From Bacilli bacterium (GTDB lineage Bacteria > Bacillota_I > Bacilli_A > JBKEDG01), in NCBI GenBank assembly GCA_047975285.1, contig JBKEDG010000091.1, positions 18 to 64,017 of the forward strand: a stretch of DNA of 64,000 nucleotides, given 5' to 3'. Made by a program: the position numbers and the translations under genes. Position 1 is the first letter of the stretch. Every line of letters begins with the position of its first letter. The notes beneath the pieces are model-generated. The model was given only the letters and a program-made list of their open reading frames with translations, was not told the DNA's origin and searched no databases. Below are positions 44,010 to 53,111 of this stretch, piece after piece.

Positions 44010-44205
44010 CTATATTTTTTTACAAAAAAATATCTATGCAAGGACGCTTACGCGCGGTACCACCTTGCTTTAGATATATCTACTCTTAAATGTTTAACGC
44101 ACATCAACGATTTTACTCCATGACAAGTTCACAACAAATATTGTTAGTTCACACCGACCACTAACTCTCTGAAAATATTTTTACTTGCTAATACTTCACT
44201 TCCTA
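44010..44205 (-). ncRNA. T-box riboswitch (Leu, CUU specifier) upstream of leuS
   Basis: AGTA box, AGAGA bulge, GGTGTGA loop, GAA-CTT specifier (44125-44127) and T-box AAGGTGGTACCGCG (44053-44066) pairing with CGTCCTT. Confidence 0.93.
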
Positions 44206-44219
44206 GTAAATTTAAATAT

Positions 44220-44248
44220 ATTATATCACATAATAAATCTCGTTGCAA
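44220..44248 (-). promoter_or_regulatory. SigA promoter of the leuS leader
   Basis: TTGCAA-17-TATAAT with a TGn extension. Confidence 0.85.
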
Positions 44249-44251
44249 TAT

Positions 44252-44689
44252 TCAATCTTTCATCTTATTTAGAAAGTTTTTTAACTTTGTTTTAAAAATA
44301 ATGTTTTGATTTTTATCTCTTTTTTTTGGTCCTTTAACTCTAACACCATTTCTTCTAAGTTTTGCATTCATTGCCCTAAAATATAGTAACCTATCAATGT
44401 TTTCAGCAGTTACTTGATTGCCATCAGAATCCATTACATACGTTTTTTTTGCAAGAATTATACTGCTTAAACCATAATCATTAGTAACAACTAAATCGTT
44501 TGCTTTTACTAGTGACACAATTTTTAAATCACTGCTATCTACACCTTTTTCCACAATAATAGTTTTAATATTCTCATATTTTATATTATGAGAATCATCA
44601 CATACTACTACAATATCAAATATATTATTACAAATTTCTATAACTTCTTCAATGACTGGACTTGCATCACCACCAATAAATATTGTCAT
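44252..44689 (-). CDS. YaiI/YqxD (DUF188) family protein
   Basis: DA.PV, DS.D..I, DLVVT.DYGL and GPK motifs. Confidence 0.88.
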   Translation of the reverse strand: MTIFIGGDASPVIEEVIEICNNIFDIVVVCDDSHNIKYENIKTIIVEKGVDSSDLKIVSLVKANDLVVTNDYGLSSIILAKKTYVMDSDGNQVTAENIDRLLYFRAMNAKLRRNGVRVKGPKKRDKNQNIIFKTKLKNFLNKMKD

Positions 44690-44691
44690 AA

Positions 44692-45672
44692 TTAATGCTG
44701 TTCATACTCATAATTAATTAACGTAAAAATTATTAAAGATACCAGACTTATTGTTGTAAATGAGCTATCTAAATCTGGAGACGCTTCTGCAATATCTAAA
44801 CAAATAACTTGATTACTAGATAGAACTTGCTTAAAAAATTCCATGAAATCATCAGGAGAAATCCCTAGTGGCTGTGGAGAACTTACTCCAGGTGCAAATG
44901 CACTTGAAAAAACATCACAACATATTGAAACATATATATTTTTATTTCTTTTTAGAAATTTATCTACAACTTGTGAATTATGATATGAATTAGTCATTTT
45001 AATATCACGAGCTAAAATATATTCTCCTCCTGACTTATTCATTTCATTAAATAAGCTTGTCGTATTTGCACTTTTTTGTATTCCTATGGTTAAATGATTA
45101 TAGGTTCTTTTAGATGTTTTAAAATCATCTCTAATTTGTCTAAACATCGTCCCAGAAGTTGATTGTGTATAGGGACGATTATCAAAGTGAGCATCAAAAT
45201 TTATTATTCCAAAATTGTCTGAATTATCTAAGAAATTATCAATTCCTTTCATACTACCATATGCTACATCATGACCACCACCTACAATAATTGGAAAACA
45301 TTCAACACTCAATACCTTTTCAACTAATTTAGCAAGAGTATTTTGAGCACTTTCTACGTCAACTCCAATACAGACAACACTACCACCATCAAATATATTA
45401 ATGTCTTCTCCAAATGAACAAGGACGATTACTTAAGTGTAATTTCACTAAATCCGGAGCTTTTCTAGCTCCTCTTCTCCCCTGATTTTTTACTATACCTT
45501 CATCTACTTTATAAGAAATTATAACGTAACTTTTGGGTGTAATAGTAAATTGTGCATCTAAATCAACCAACTTAACAATTTGATGCCATCTAAATCCTGA
45601 AAATTCTTTATCATCATCTATTCTGCCATGCCAAAACTCTTTATCTGGCCTTTTATATCCAACTAAATCCAT
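44692..45672 (-). CDS. hutG: Formimidoylglutamase (arginase family)
   Basis: W.GRID, DEGI..N.GR.GA..AP, GGGHD.AY, NFDAHFD.R, SGT.F.QI and APGVS.PQ. Confidence 0.88.
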   Translation of the reverse strand: MDLVGYKRPDKEFWHGRIDDDKEFSGFRWHQIVKLVDLDAQFTITPKSYVIISYKVDEGIVKNQGRRGARKAPDLVKLHLSNRPCSFGEDINIFDGGSVVCIGVDVESAQNTLAKLVEKVLSVECFPIIVGGGHDVAYGSMKGIDNFLDNSDNFGIINFDAHFDNRPYTQSTSGTMFRQIRDDFKTSKRTYNHLTIGIQKSANTTSLFNEMNKSGGEYILARDIKMTNSYHNSQVVDKFLKRNKNIYVSICCDVFSSAFAPGVSSPQPLGISPDDFMEFFKQVLSSNQVICLDIAEASPDLDSSFTTISLVSLIIFTLINYEYEQH

Positions 45673-45929
45673 AAGTACCTCCCATCATAATAATTATACC
45701 ACAATTTAATAATAAATATAATTATCCTATTGCATTAAATTATTTTTTGACAAATATTATATAGTGTTAGTAACATATTTTCATAATGTACATATGTTAC
45801 CTATACGTATATTTAACAAATAAAACACTTTTTTTTAATGATTAATTTTATATAATTACATTATAAATATATTCTTTTCCTAAAATTATCAAATATCTAC
45901 ATCAAATAAAATACGTTTTAACACTTTAA

Positions 45930-46540
45930 TTAAATTATTCTTTACCCTCAATCAACCATTTGAAAATTAATACATTAAAGAGTTTTTAACATATTCAAAA
46001 TTTTCAAACATTGTTGTTTATGAAATTTCATGTAATTTGATATTGTATAATTATTTTTACTACTTTCTTATATCCTTATTAAACTAAAATAATTCTTTGA
46101 TCTCAAACTATTTAAAACATCTTGAACTCCTACTTTTCTTTTATGAAGTAATTTTAAGTTTTTTTTGATATAATATTTCATATCGTTACCTTCATCAATA
46201 CTTTTATAACATTTTACATAACTTTTCAATTCTTTATGTTTACTAAATTTAATAAATTAAGATTTTTAGGTAACATTATATTTAAAATATACCCTTCTCT
46301 TCTTTTACAACCAACTCTAACTTTTTTGTGTAAATCTCGTTGCACTTTTGCAACGATTTGTATGTAAGCCATAACATCTTCTTTCTGATTAGATATATTA
46401 GAACAATATATCCTAGTTCTAAAAGATATAAACGGATTTAAAGTTCTCAAATGTTCAAATTCAATAAAAACGTTTGAAGCTTTGTCAAATAAATAATATT
46501 TATCTCTTTTCTTATTAATATTAATATATTGAAAACCTCC
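45930..46540 (-). pseudogene. Probable decayed gene of unknown function
   Basis: A perfect SD (TAAGGAGGT) has no ATG/GTG/TTG at normal spacing. A 104-codon open frame (46226-46540) is followed by short open stretches in other frames. Very AT-rich; the 3' boundary is approximate. Confidence 0.4.
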
Positions 46541-46578
46541 TTACCTATTTTGGTAGGAGATACTATTTTAAATAATAT

Positions 46579-46604
46579 AAAAAGCCATCCCAATAGGGAT
46601 GACT
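46579..46604 (-). terminator. Intrinsic terminator ending the tRNA/ncRNA transcript
   Basis: AGTCATCCC-TATT-GGGATGGCT followed by TTTT. Confidence 0.85.
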
Positions 46605-46745
46605 GATGTCATATCATCAATATATTAAAAAATTATTGTACAAAACTCGTATCTAGCCTACCTACCTTTTGGCAGGGAAGTCTTGATTTACTGGCGCGTC
46701 ATTAATTATTAGCTCTAGTTTCCACAAACATTACTACCGACATCA
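46604..46745 (-). ncRNA. Candidate structured ncRNA (~142 nt), possibly a shortened 6S-like RNA
   Basis: Ends pair (TGATGTC/GACATCA); nested helix TTGTGGAAACT/AGTTTTGTACAA; inner hairpin CCTGCC-AAAA-GGTAGG; GC content higher than the flanks; ends exactly at a terminator. Confidence 0.55.
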
Positions 46746-46796
46746 CCTTTATTATTGCTTGACGAACTATCAAGTTACTATTCATCATAATTCTAA

Positions 46797-46872
46797 TGGT
46801 GGCTCCAGACGGACTTGAACCGCCGACACGTGGATTTTCAATCCACTGCTCTACCAACTGAGCTATGGAGCC
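46797..46872 (-). tRNA. tRNA-Phe (GAA)
   Basis: 76-nt cloverleaf; anticodon arm GTGGA-TTGAAAA-TCCAC; encoded CCA. Confidence 0.97.
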
Positions 46873-46881
46873 ATAAAAAAA

Positions 46882-46957
46882 TGGCGGTCCAGACGGGACT
46901 CGAACCCGCGATCTCCTGAGTGACAGTCAGGAATGTTAACCACTACACTACTGGACC
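46882..46957 (-). tRNA. tRNA-Asp (GTC)
   Basis: 76 nt; CCTGA-CTGTCAC-TCAGG; G73 discriminator; CCA. Confidence 0.97.
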
Positions 46958-46958
46958 A

Positions 46959-47035
<77 letters not shown>

Positions 47036-47062
47036 ATAATAAAATATTACAATAAATTTTAA

Positions 47063-47155
47063 TGGCGGAGGAAAAGGGATTCGAACCCTTGCGCCGTTCT
47101 CACGACCTGCCGGTTTTCAAGACCGGTCCCTTCAACCAGGCTTGGGTATTCCTCC
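47063..47155 (-). tRNA. tRNA-Ser (anticodon TGA)
   Basis: 93 nt; long variable arm; CCGGT-CTTGAAA-ACCGG; G73; CCA. Confidence 0.97.
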
Positions 47156-47166
47156 AATGCTTTACT

Positions 47167-47195
47167 ATAATATCATATTTTTTCTACTGTTGCAA
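47167..47195 (-). promoter_or_regulatory. Promoter of the tRNA cluster
   Basis: TTGCAA-17-TATTAT with a TGn extension, 11 nt before tRNA-Ser. Confidence 0.75.
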
Positions 47196-47231
47196 TACTT
47201 TTTTTAAAAAACCTCAATTATTTATGATTTG

Positions 47232-48965
47232 TCAATTTAAATTTATTGAATTTACCAAATTATAATAACTTCCCTTCAAGTCAATTAATTCTCGGTGCGT
47301 ACCTTGTTCAATAATTTTCCCAGATTTAAGATATAAAATTCTATCACATTGTTCAATTGTACTTAATCTATGCGCTATAATTATCATTGTACGATTTTTC
47401 ATCATTTTATATATAACTTGTTGAATTAATTCTTCACTCTCATAGTCAATTGAAGATGTAGCTTCATCCAAAATTATAATCTGCGGATTATTTATTAAAG
47501 CTCTTGCAAATGATATTAACTGCTTTTCCCCCACACTTAATTTCGACCCACCTTCTCCAACTTTTGTATTTAAACCTCGCTCCAATTTATCAAAAACATT
47601 TGTTATTCCAAGATCATCACAAATCTTAAAAACTTGTTCATTAGAAACATCACTATTATATTTTATATTATCCATCACACTACCATTAAATAGAAATGGG
47701 TGTTGTAATACATGCCCAATATTTTTGTGCAGCAAATTATTCTTCAGCGTCTTTACATCATGATTGTTTATGCTTAAAGTTCCTGATTGTACTTCATAAA
47801 ATCTTGAAATTAAATTTACCATAGTAGTTTTCCCACTACCAGTTGATCCAACCAACGCAACACTTTTCCCTTTTTCTAACGTTATATTTAAATGGTCAAA
47901 AATAATTTCACCATTTTTATACTTAAAGCAAACATCTTTAAATACTATATCTCCTTTTAAATCAATACTCTTCACAACGTTATTAGCATTACTGTTATAA
48001 TCATCAATTTCAATTTCTGTGTCTAATAACCCATATACCCTTTCAGCATTTGCTTGTGCATTTTGTAGTTGGGATAAAATATTTGTTATTTCTGTTGTCA
48101 CTTCTAGTAATATATATGTATAACTCATTATTGCTGAAACTTCCCCAATAGTTAAATTGCCCACAACGAAACTATCTACACTAAATCCAACTATTGCTCC
48201 AAACATTGCATACCCCATAATTATAATAGTCGGTCCAAATAATCCAGATAAAATAATTTGTGTTTTAGAATATCTTCTTAATCTGTTTGATTCAATTTTA
48301 AATTCTTCAAAATTCTTTTCTTCTATAGCCATTGTTTTAATAGTCAAAATTCCACTTATAAATTCATTAAATTTACTAACAATTACTGAGTTTTGTGCCC
48401 TAACTTTTCTAAATTGTTTTAAAACAAAAGTTTTAATTATAAATAGTACAAAAATTATTAATGGATACATTATTACGACTACAACACCTGCTTTAATGCT
48501 GTATGATATTATAGAAATTATTGACAAAATTATAATAAGAATGAAGTAAAAACTATCAACAAATTGCCAGCTCATAACTTCACTTAACTTACTAATATCA
48601 CTTGTCATTCTAGCAATAATCCATCCATCATCATTATCATTAAAATACTGTAAATGTAGTTCCTGCACTTTTTTAAATACACGATTTCTTAAATCTCTCG
48701 AAAAACTAAGTTCCAAGCTACCAATTATTCTAATCCATACAAAAGTTAACGTCCCTATGATTACAACTATAAAAGCATATAATATTATAAAATAAGGGAA
48801 TAATTCCATATTTTGTTTTACAATCAAGTTATCAATGGCCCATGATTGAAATCTTGGTGGAAGTAAATCAACTACCCCTGATAAAAAAACTAAAATGACT
48901 CCAATTATAAATAGCTTTTGGTATTTTACTATTCCTTTCACCATTCTTCTAAAAGTACTATTCAT
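47232..48965 (-). CDS. ABC exporter half-transporter (TMD+NBD), subunit B
   Basis: GSTGSGKTT, LSVGEKQ, ILDEATS and IAHRLST; likely ATG at 48965. Confidence 0.93.
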   Translation of the reverse strand: MNSTFRRMVKGIVKYQKLFIIGVILVFLSGVVDLLPPRFQSWAIDNLIVKQNMELFPYFIILYAFIVVIIGTLTFVWIRIIGSLELSFSRDLRNRVFKKVQELHLQYFNDNDDGWIIARMTSDISKLSEVMSWQFVDSFYFILIIILSIISIISYSIKAGVVVVIMYPLIIFVLFIIKTFVLKQFRKVRAQNSVIVSKFNEFISGILTIKTMAIEEKNFEEFKIESNRLRRYSKTQIILSGLFGPTIIIMGYAMFGAIVGFSVDSFVVGNLTIGEVSAIMSYTYILLEVTTEITNILSQLQNAQANAERVYGLLDTEIEIDDYNSNANNVVKSIDLKGDIVFKDVCFKYKNGEIIFDHLNITLEKGKSVALVGSTGSGKTTMVNLISRFYEVQSGTLSINNHDVKTLKNNLLHKNIGHVLQHPFLFNGSVMDNIKYNSDVSNEQVFKICDDLGITNVFDKLERGLNTKVGEGGSKLSVGEKQLISFARALINNPQIIILDEATSSIDYESEELIQQVIYKMMKNRTMIIIAHRLSTIEQCDRILYLKSGKIIEQGTHRELIDLKGSYYNLVNSINLN

Positions 48966-50727
48966 TATAATCACCTACTTGTTTTTGATACATCGAAGCA
49001 AAATAACCATCCTGACTTTTCAAAGTCTCAATAGTACCTTGTTCTACAATTTGTCCATCGTCGAGCACTATTACAAGGTCACTATCCAAAATTGATGTTA
49101 TTCTATGAGTAACTGTAATCGTTGTTACACCGTCTATATTGGAAAGTGATTTTCTAATTGAAATGTCTGTTTCATTATCAACAGCACTTAAAGAGTCATC
49201 AAAAATTAGAATATTATACTGATTTATTAGCATTCTGGCAATAGCAACTCGTTGCTTTTGACCTCCACTAAGTGTAGCTCCTCTTTCACCTACTTCTGTT
49301 TCATACCCTTTCTCAAATTGATTAATATCATTATGAATATTAGCAATTTTTGCGTAGTGTATGATGTTGTTCATCTCATTTTCATCAGTTTTAATTCCTA
49401 TATTACTTCTCACTTTTCTTGAAAATAAATATGGTTCTTGGACAACATACCCAATATTATTTCTCAAATATGTTTTATTAACCATTGATATATCATTATT
49501 ATTAATTAATATCCTACCTATTTGTGGTTCAAAAAGCCGAGCAATAAGATATGCAATAGTACTTTTACCACTTCCTGTTTTCCCAATTATTGCGACCTTA
49601 TCCCCAGAATTAATTTTAAAAGAAATATTTTTAAGGACTGCCACATTTGAATCAGGGTATGAAAATGAAACATTGTCAAACTCTATATTACCATCTATTC
49701 TAGGCTTGTTTTCCTCAATAGTTTCTATTTTTTGCTCAAAAATTTCATTAATACGATCAATTGCAACATAATTTTTCCCTAATTTAGTAATTAATCTAGC
49801 TAGCATATTTATTGGATAAGTTAATAATTTTGTATACGAAAGAAATAGCACTAAAGTCCCCACTGAAATATAATTACTATTGACAAAAAACACTCCAAAA
49901 ATCATGATTACAAACGTTTGTAAAGCAGTCAGTAAAGATGTAGTTCCATATAGTTTTGAAAGTGTTTTAAACAATTCATGTAATTGCAGATAATACTTAT
50001 TTGATTTGTTGTCATACTTTTTAAATTCAAAATCTTGACCACCAAAAGCTTTGACAACTTGTATACCAGTAACATTTTCTTTTATAACATCAATCATTTC
50101 TCCTTCATATTCATCAATCTTATTAAACTGAATATACAGTTTCTTGAAGAAAAATATTGAAACCATAAGAATTATTGGAAATAAAAAAAGTGAAATCATT
50201 GAAAAAACTAAATTAATTTTTACCATTTGGTAAGTAGTAGCAAAAATAATGGCAATAATCCAAACTAATTGAATAAACTCATCTCCTAAGAATGTTTTTA
50301 TGACGTCCATATCTGTAGTGCATCTTTGAATAATATCACCAGAATTTCTAGTCTTAAAAAAACTAAATGGTAATTTTTGTAGATGTAAATATAAACTGTT
50401 TCTTATATTTCTTGAAGTATTCTCACTTGCAAAAGAATAAAAAAATCGGCTAAAAAACATTACGACTGCACGTATTATTTGAAAAGATACAAGGGCAATA
50501 GCAAGCAAAATAACTTGTTTCATGATAGTAGATCCAGACTGGATGAATTTATCAAAAATCTTAGGAAGTATAGAAGGACTATCCCCAATTATAGAATCTA
50601 TAACATACGCACCAAATTGTGGAACTAGTGTTCTTGTCATCGCAAGAAAAATTATCATTATAAGTACTATTAGATAAAAAAAACTATTTCTACCTATCCA
50701 TTTTATCATGCTCTTAATTTGTTGCAT
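48958..50727 (-). CDS. ABC exporter half-transporter (TMD+NBD), subunit A
   Basis: GKTGSGKST, LSGGQ and a degenerate Walker B (IFDDS), as expected in a heterodimeric exporter. Confidence 0.93.
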   Translation of the reverse strand: MQQIKSMIKWIGRNSFFYLIVLIMIIFLAMTRTLVPQFGAYVIDSIIGDSPSILPKIFDKFIQSGSTIMKQVILLAIALVSFQIIRAVVMFFSRFFYSFASENTSRNIRNSLYLHLQKLPFSFFKTRNSGDIIQRCTTDMDVIKTFLGDEFIQLVWIIAIIFATTYQMVKINLVFSMISLFLFPIILMVSIFFFKKLYIQFNKIDEYEGEMIDVIKENVTGIQVVKAFGGQDFEFKKYDNKSNKYYLQLHELFKTLSKLYGTTSLLTALQTFVIMIFGVFFVNSNYISVGTLVLFLSYTKLLTYPINMLARLITKLGKNYVAIDRINEIFEQKIETIEENKPRIDGNIEFDNVSFSYPDSNVAVLKNISFKINSGDKVAIIGKTGSGKSTIAYLIARLFEPQIGRILINNNDISMVNKTYLRNNIGYVVQEPYLFSRKVRSNIGIKTDENEMNNIIHYAKIANIHNDINQFEKGYETEVGERGATLSGGQKQRVAIARMLINQYNILIFDDSLSAVDNETDISIRKSLSNIDGVTTITVTHRITSILDSDLVIVLDDGQIVEQGTIETLKSQDGYFASMYQKQVGDYNE

Positions 50728-50737
50728 TATATCACCC

Positions 50738-51517
50738 CTATTTTAATATAGACTTTACTGCTTTATATACTCCATCATTATCAATATGGTCACAAACATT
50801 TTTTGCATACGACTTAACTTCTTCACAAGCATTTCCTAAAACATAGCTATTTGTATAAAATTCTTGAAACATCTTTATATCATTATAGTTATCTCCAAAT
50901 ACATAAACTGATTTTTTATCAATCCCATTTATATCAATATACCTATAAATCCCAGATGCTTTAGAACAATTTATATCCATAAGCTCAAAGCCACCTTCTT
51001 CATACATAGTTACAGATGTTTCTTCGTAGTCTTTTATTTTTTCATTAGTAAAAAAAGAAATTGAATTATATAAATTATTAAAGTCAAAACTCTTTATATT
51101 ATGCTTTGTTCCTTCATACATTGGGTCTATGAAACTTCTTATTTGCTTTACAAAAAAATCTCTATCTACTACATCATCATATATATAGATATCGTGCGAA
51201 TCCATTGCTAAAGTTGGAATATGTTTTTCTTTAATTTCTTCAAATATTTGCTTTTGTACATTTTCATTAATTGGCTTATCATAGATAACATTATGATCTA
51301 TAATAACTGTACTTCCATTGGCTACTACTGCATCCTTAATATCAAAAAGTTCCATTAAGTGTCTTGTTGTATTATAAGTTCTTCCAGTAGCAATTAAACA
51401 CTTATTTCCACTTTTCTTTATTAAATCAATCGCTAAAAATGCAGTGTCTGGAATAGTTAATTTATTTTTTGAATGGCTAACAAGCGTATTATCAATATCA
51501 AATACAAATAATTTCAT
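50738..51517 (-). CDS. Cof-type HAD hydrolase (subfamily IIB)
   Basis: FDIDNTL, IATGR, SKASG and FGDNYND..M. Confidence 0.92.
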   Translation of the reverse strand: MKLFVFDIDNTLVSHSKNKLTIPDTAFLAIDLIKKSGNKCLIATGRTYNTTRHLMELFDIKDAVVANGSTVIIDHNVIYDKPINENVQKQIFEEIKEKHIPTLAMDSHDIYIYDDVVDRDFFVKQIRSFIDPMYEGTKHNIKSFDFNNLYNSISFFTNEKIKDYEETSVTMYEEGGFELMDINCSKASGIYRYIDINGIDKKSVYVFGDNYNDIKMFQEFYTNSYVLGNACEEVKSYAKNVCDHIDNDGVYKAVKSILK

Positions 51518-51591
51518 TAAATCACCTCACTTATAATTGTACAATATATCATTTATTTGTCAATTGCATTCAATAATTTCATCTATTTTTA

Positions 51592-51620
51592 TTGACTAAT
51601 TTAGATATATATGATAAAAT
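51592..51620 (+). promoter_or_regulatory. SigA promoter of rpmB
   Basis: TTGACT-17-TAAAAT with a TGn extension. Confidence 0.75.
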
Positions 51621-51660
51621 ATTAAAGTATTATGGCAACTGTTAAGTAAGGAGGCAGATT

Positions 51661-51852
51661 ATGGCAAAACAATGTTATCAAACAAAAAAGGACTTTATGT
51701 CTGGAAATAATAGATCTCATGCAATGAATTCATCTCGTAGAAGATGGAAAGCTAATCTACAAAAAGTAAAGATAGTTGATGAAAATGGTAAAGTTAAAAC
51801 TGTGCATATGTCAGCTAGAGCTATTAAAAAACTAAAGTTTGAGCGTGCTTAA
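51661..51852 (+). CDS. rpmB: 50S ribosomal protein L28
   Basis: [18 protein letters not shown]; TAAGGAGG SD. Confidence 0.97.
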   Translation: MAKQCYQTKKDFMSGNNRSHAMNSSRRRWKANLQKVKIVDENGKVKTVHMSARAIKKLKFERA

Positions 51853-51882
51853 AAAAGAATGGTCTATTAACCATTCTTTTTT
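51851..51882. terminator. Bidirectional terminator between rpmB and purD
   Basis: AAAAAAGAATGGT-CTATTA-ACCATTCTTTTTT. Confidence 0.8.
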
Positions 51883-53102
51883 CTTTGTCCTATATCATTT
51901 CTATAAATTAGATTATCACAATCAATTTTATTAACATTATCATAGGCATTTTTTATTGCCTCTTCAAGGCTGCTTGCTCTACCATTAACCATTAAAACTC
52001 TACCACCATTAGTATAGTAATCATTATCATACTTTGTTCCCATATGAAAAGCATTTTTTAAATCACCTTTGATAAGAATATTAGTATCATAAGAAGCAGG
52101 ATATCCATTTGATGCCATTACCACACCAACAACATAATCTGTAGACCATTTTAATTTTGGACTATTATTATCTAGTACATCTAAAATATTTACAACAAAA
52201 TCACTTTCTATCCTTGGTAAAACAACTTCTGCCTCTGGATCACCAAATCTAGCATTGAATTCTATAACTTTAACTCCTGACTTTGTTAAAATAAGTCCTC
52301 CATATAAAAATCCACAAAAAGGGCAATTTTCCTTTACCATCGCTTTAGCAATCGGTTTCATTATATTATCCATAGAGTACTCTATATCATGGTTTTTTAT
52401 AATATCAACTGGACTAAAAGCACCCATCCCTCCTGTATTTGGACCTTTATCTCCATCTAATAGCTGTTTATGATCTTGACTTATTTCAAGATTATAAACA
52501 TTTTCATTTTTTACCATTGCCATAAGTGAAAATTCAATTCCATCAAGAAATTCTTCAATAACTACTTTGTCATCACCATATACTTTCTTGTTCAACATTA
52601 AATCTAGTGTTACTTTTGCTTCTTCCATAGTGTTTACAATGACAACACCTTTCCCTGCAGCAAGACCATCGTATTTTATTACAATTGGTAGCCCACTTTT
52701 TGCTATATAATCAATTGCTGAATCATAATTATCAAAAACTTCATATTCTGCAGTAGGAATCTTATATTTTTTCATTAAATTCTTTGCAAATTCTTTGCTA
52801 CTCTCTATTCTTGTTGCACTTTTAGTAGGTCCAAATATTTTTAAGCCATATTTTTCAAATTCATCTACGATTCCACTACTTAAACTTACTTCTGGTCCAA
52901 CAATTGTAAGGCAAATACTATTTTGTATACTAAATTTACGTAATTTTTCTACATCTTGCTCATTTATATCTACAGTTGAAAATTCATTTTTTATTCCACC
53001 ATTACCTGGAGATACGATAACATCACTAACTAATTTTGAATTAGAACATACCCTTGCAAGCGCATGTTCTCTACCACCGCGTCCAACAATTAATACTTTC
53101 AT
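51867..53102 (-). CDS. purD: Phosphoribosylamine--glycine ligase
   Basis: GGREHA, DGLAAGKGV, QDHK...GD.GPNTGGMG and EFNARFGDPE. Confidence 0.97.
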   Translation of the reverse strand: MKVLIVGRGGREHALARVCSNSKLVSDVIVSPGNGGIKNEFSTVDINEQDVEKLRKFSIQNSICLTIVGPEVSLSSGIVDEFEKYGLKIFGPTKSATRIESSKEFAKNLMKKYKIPTAEYEVFDNYDSAIDYIAKSGLPIVIKYDGLAAGKGVVIVNTMEEAKVTLDLMLNKKVYGDDKVVIEEFLDGIEFSLMAMVKNENVYNLEISQDHKQLLDGDKGPNTGGMGAFSPVDIIKNHDIEYSMDNIMKPIAKAMVKENCPFCGFLYGGLILTKSGVKVIEFNARFGDPEAEVVLPRIESDFVVNILDVLDNNSPKLKWSTDYVVGVVMASNGYPASYDTNILIKGDLKNAFHMGTKYDNDYYTNGGRVLMVNGRASSLEEAIKNAYDNVNKIDCDNLIYRNDIGQRKKNG

Positions 53103-53111
53103 ATATACCTC

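Noticed and set aside
46678-46694. UCA triplet in a weak loop (AGUA-AAUCAAG-ACU) of the candidate ncRNA as a UGA-reading anticodon
   Set aside because: Only a 3-bp stem, no U33, no T-loop, no cloverleaf and no CCA end.
45700-46800. Prophage or integrative element at the tRNA cluster
   Set aside because: No integrase, transposase or duplicated tRNA 3' end was found; only an AT-rich remnant.
47063-47155. Long-variable-arm tRNA as tRNA-Sec or a UGA suppressor
   Set aside because: The anticodon is UGA (reads UCN Ser codons), not UCA, and it has an ordinary 7-bp acceptor stem in the usual Ser-fMet-Asp-Phe cluster.
47214-47234. UGA-C stop of the ABC exporter as a third recoding site
   Set aside because: It is at the expected C-terminus and another stop follows five codons later; it also shows that UGA-C context alone is not diagnostic.
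47062-47265. 67-aa plus-strand ORF
   Set aside because: It is the antisense shadow of tRNA-Ser.
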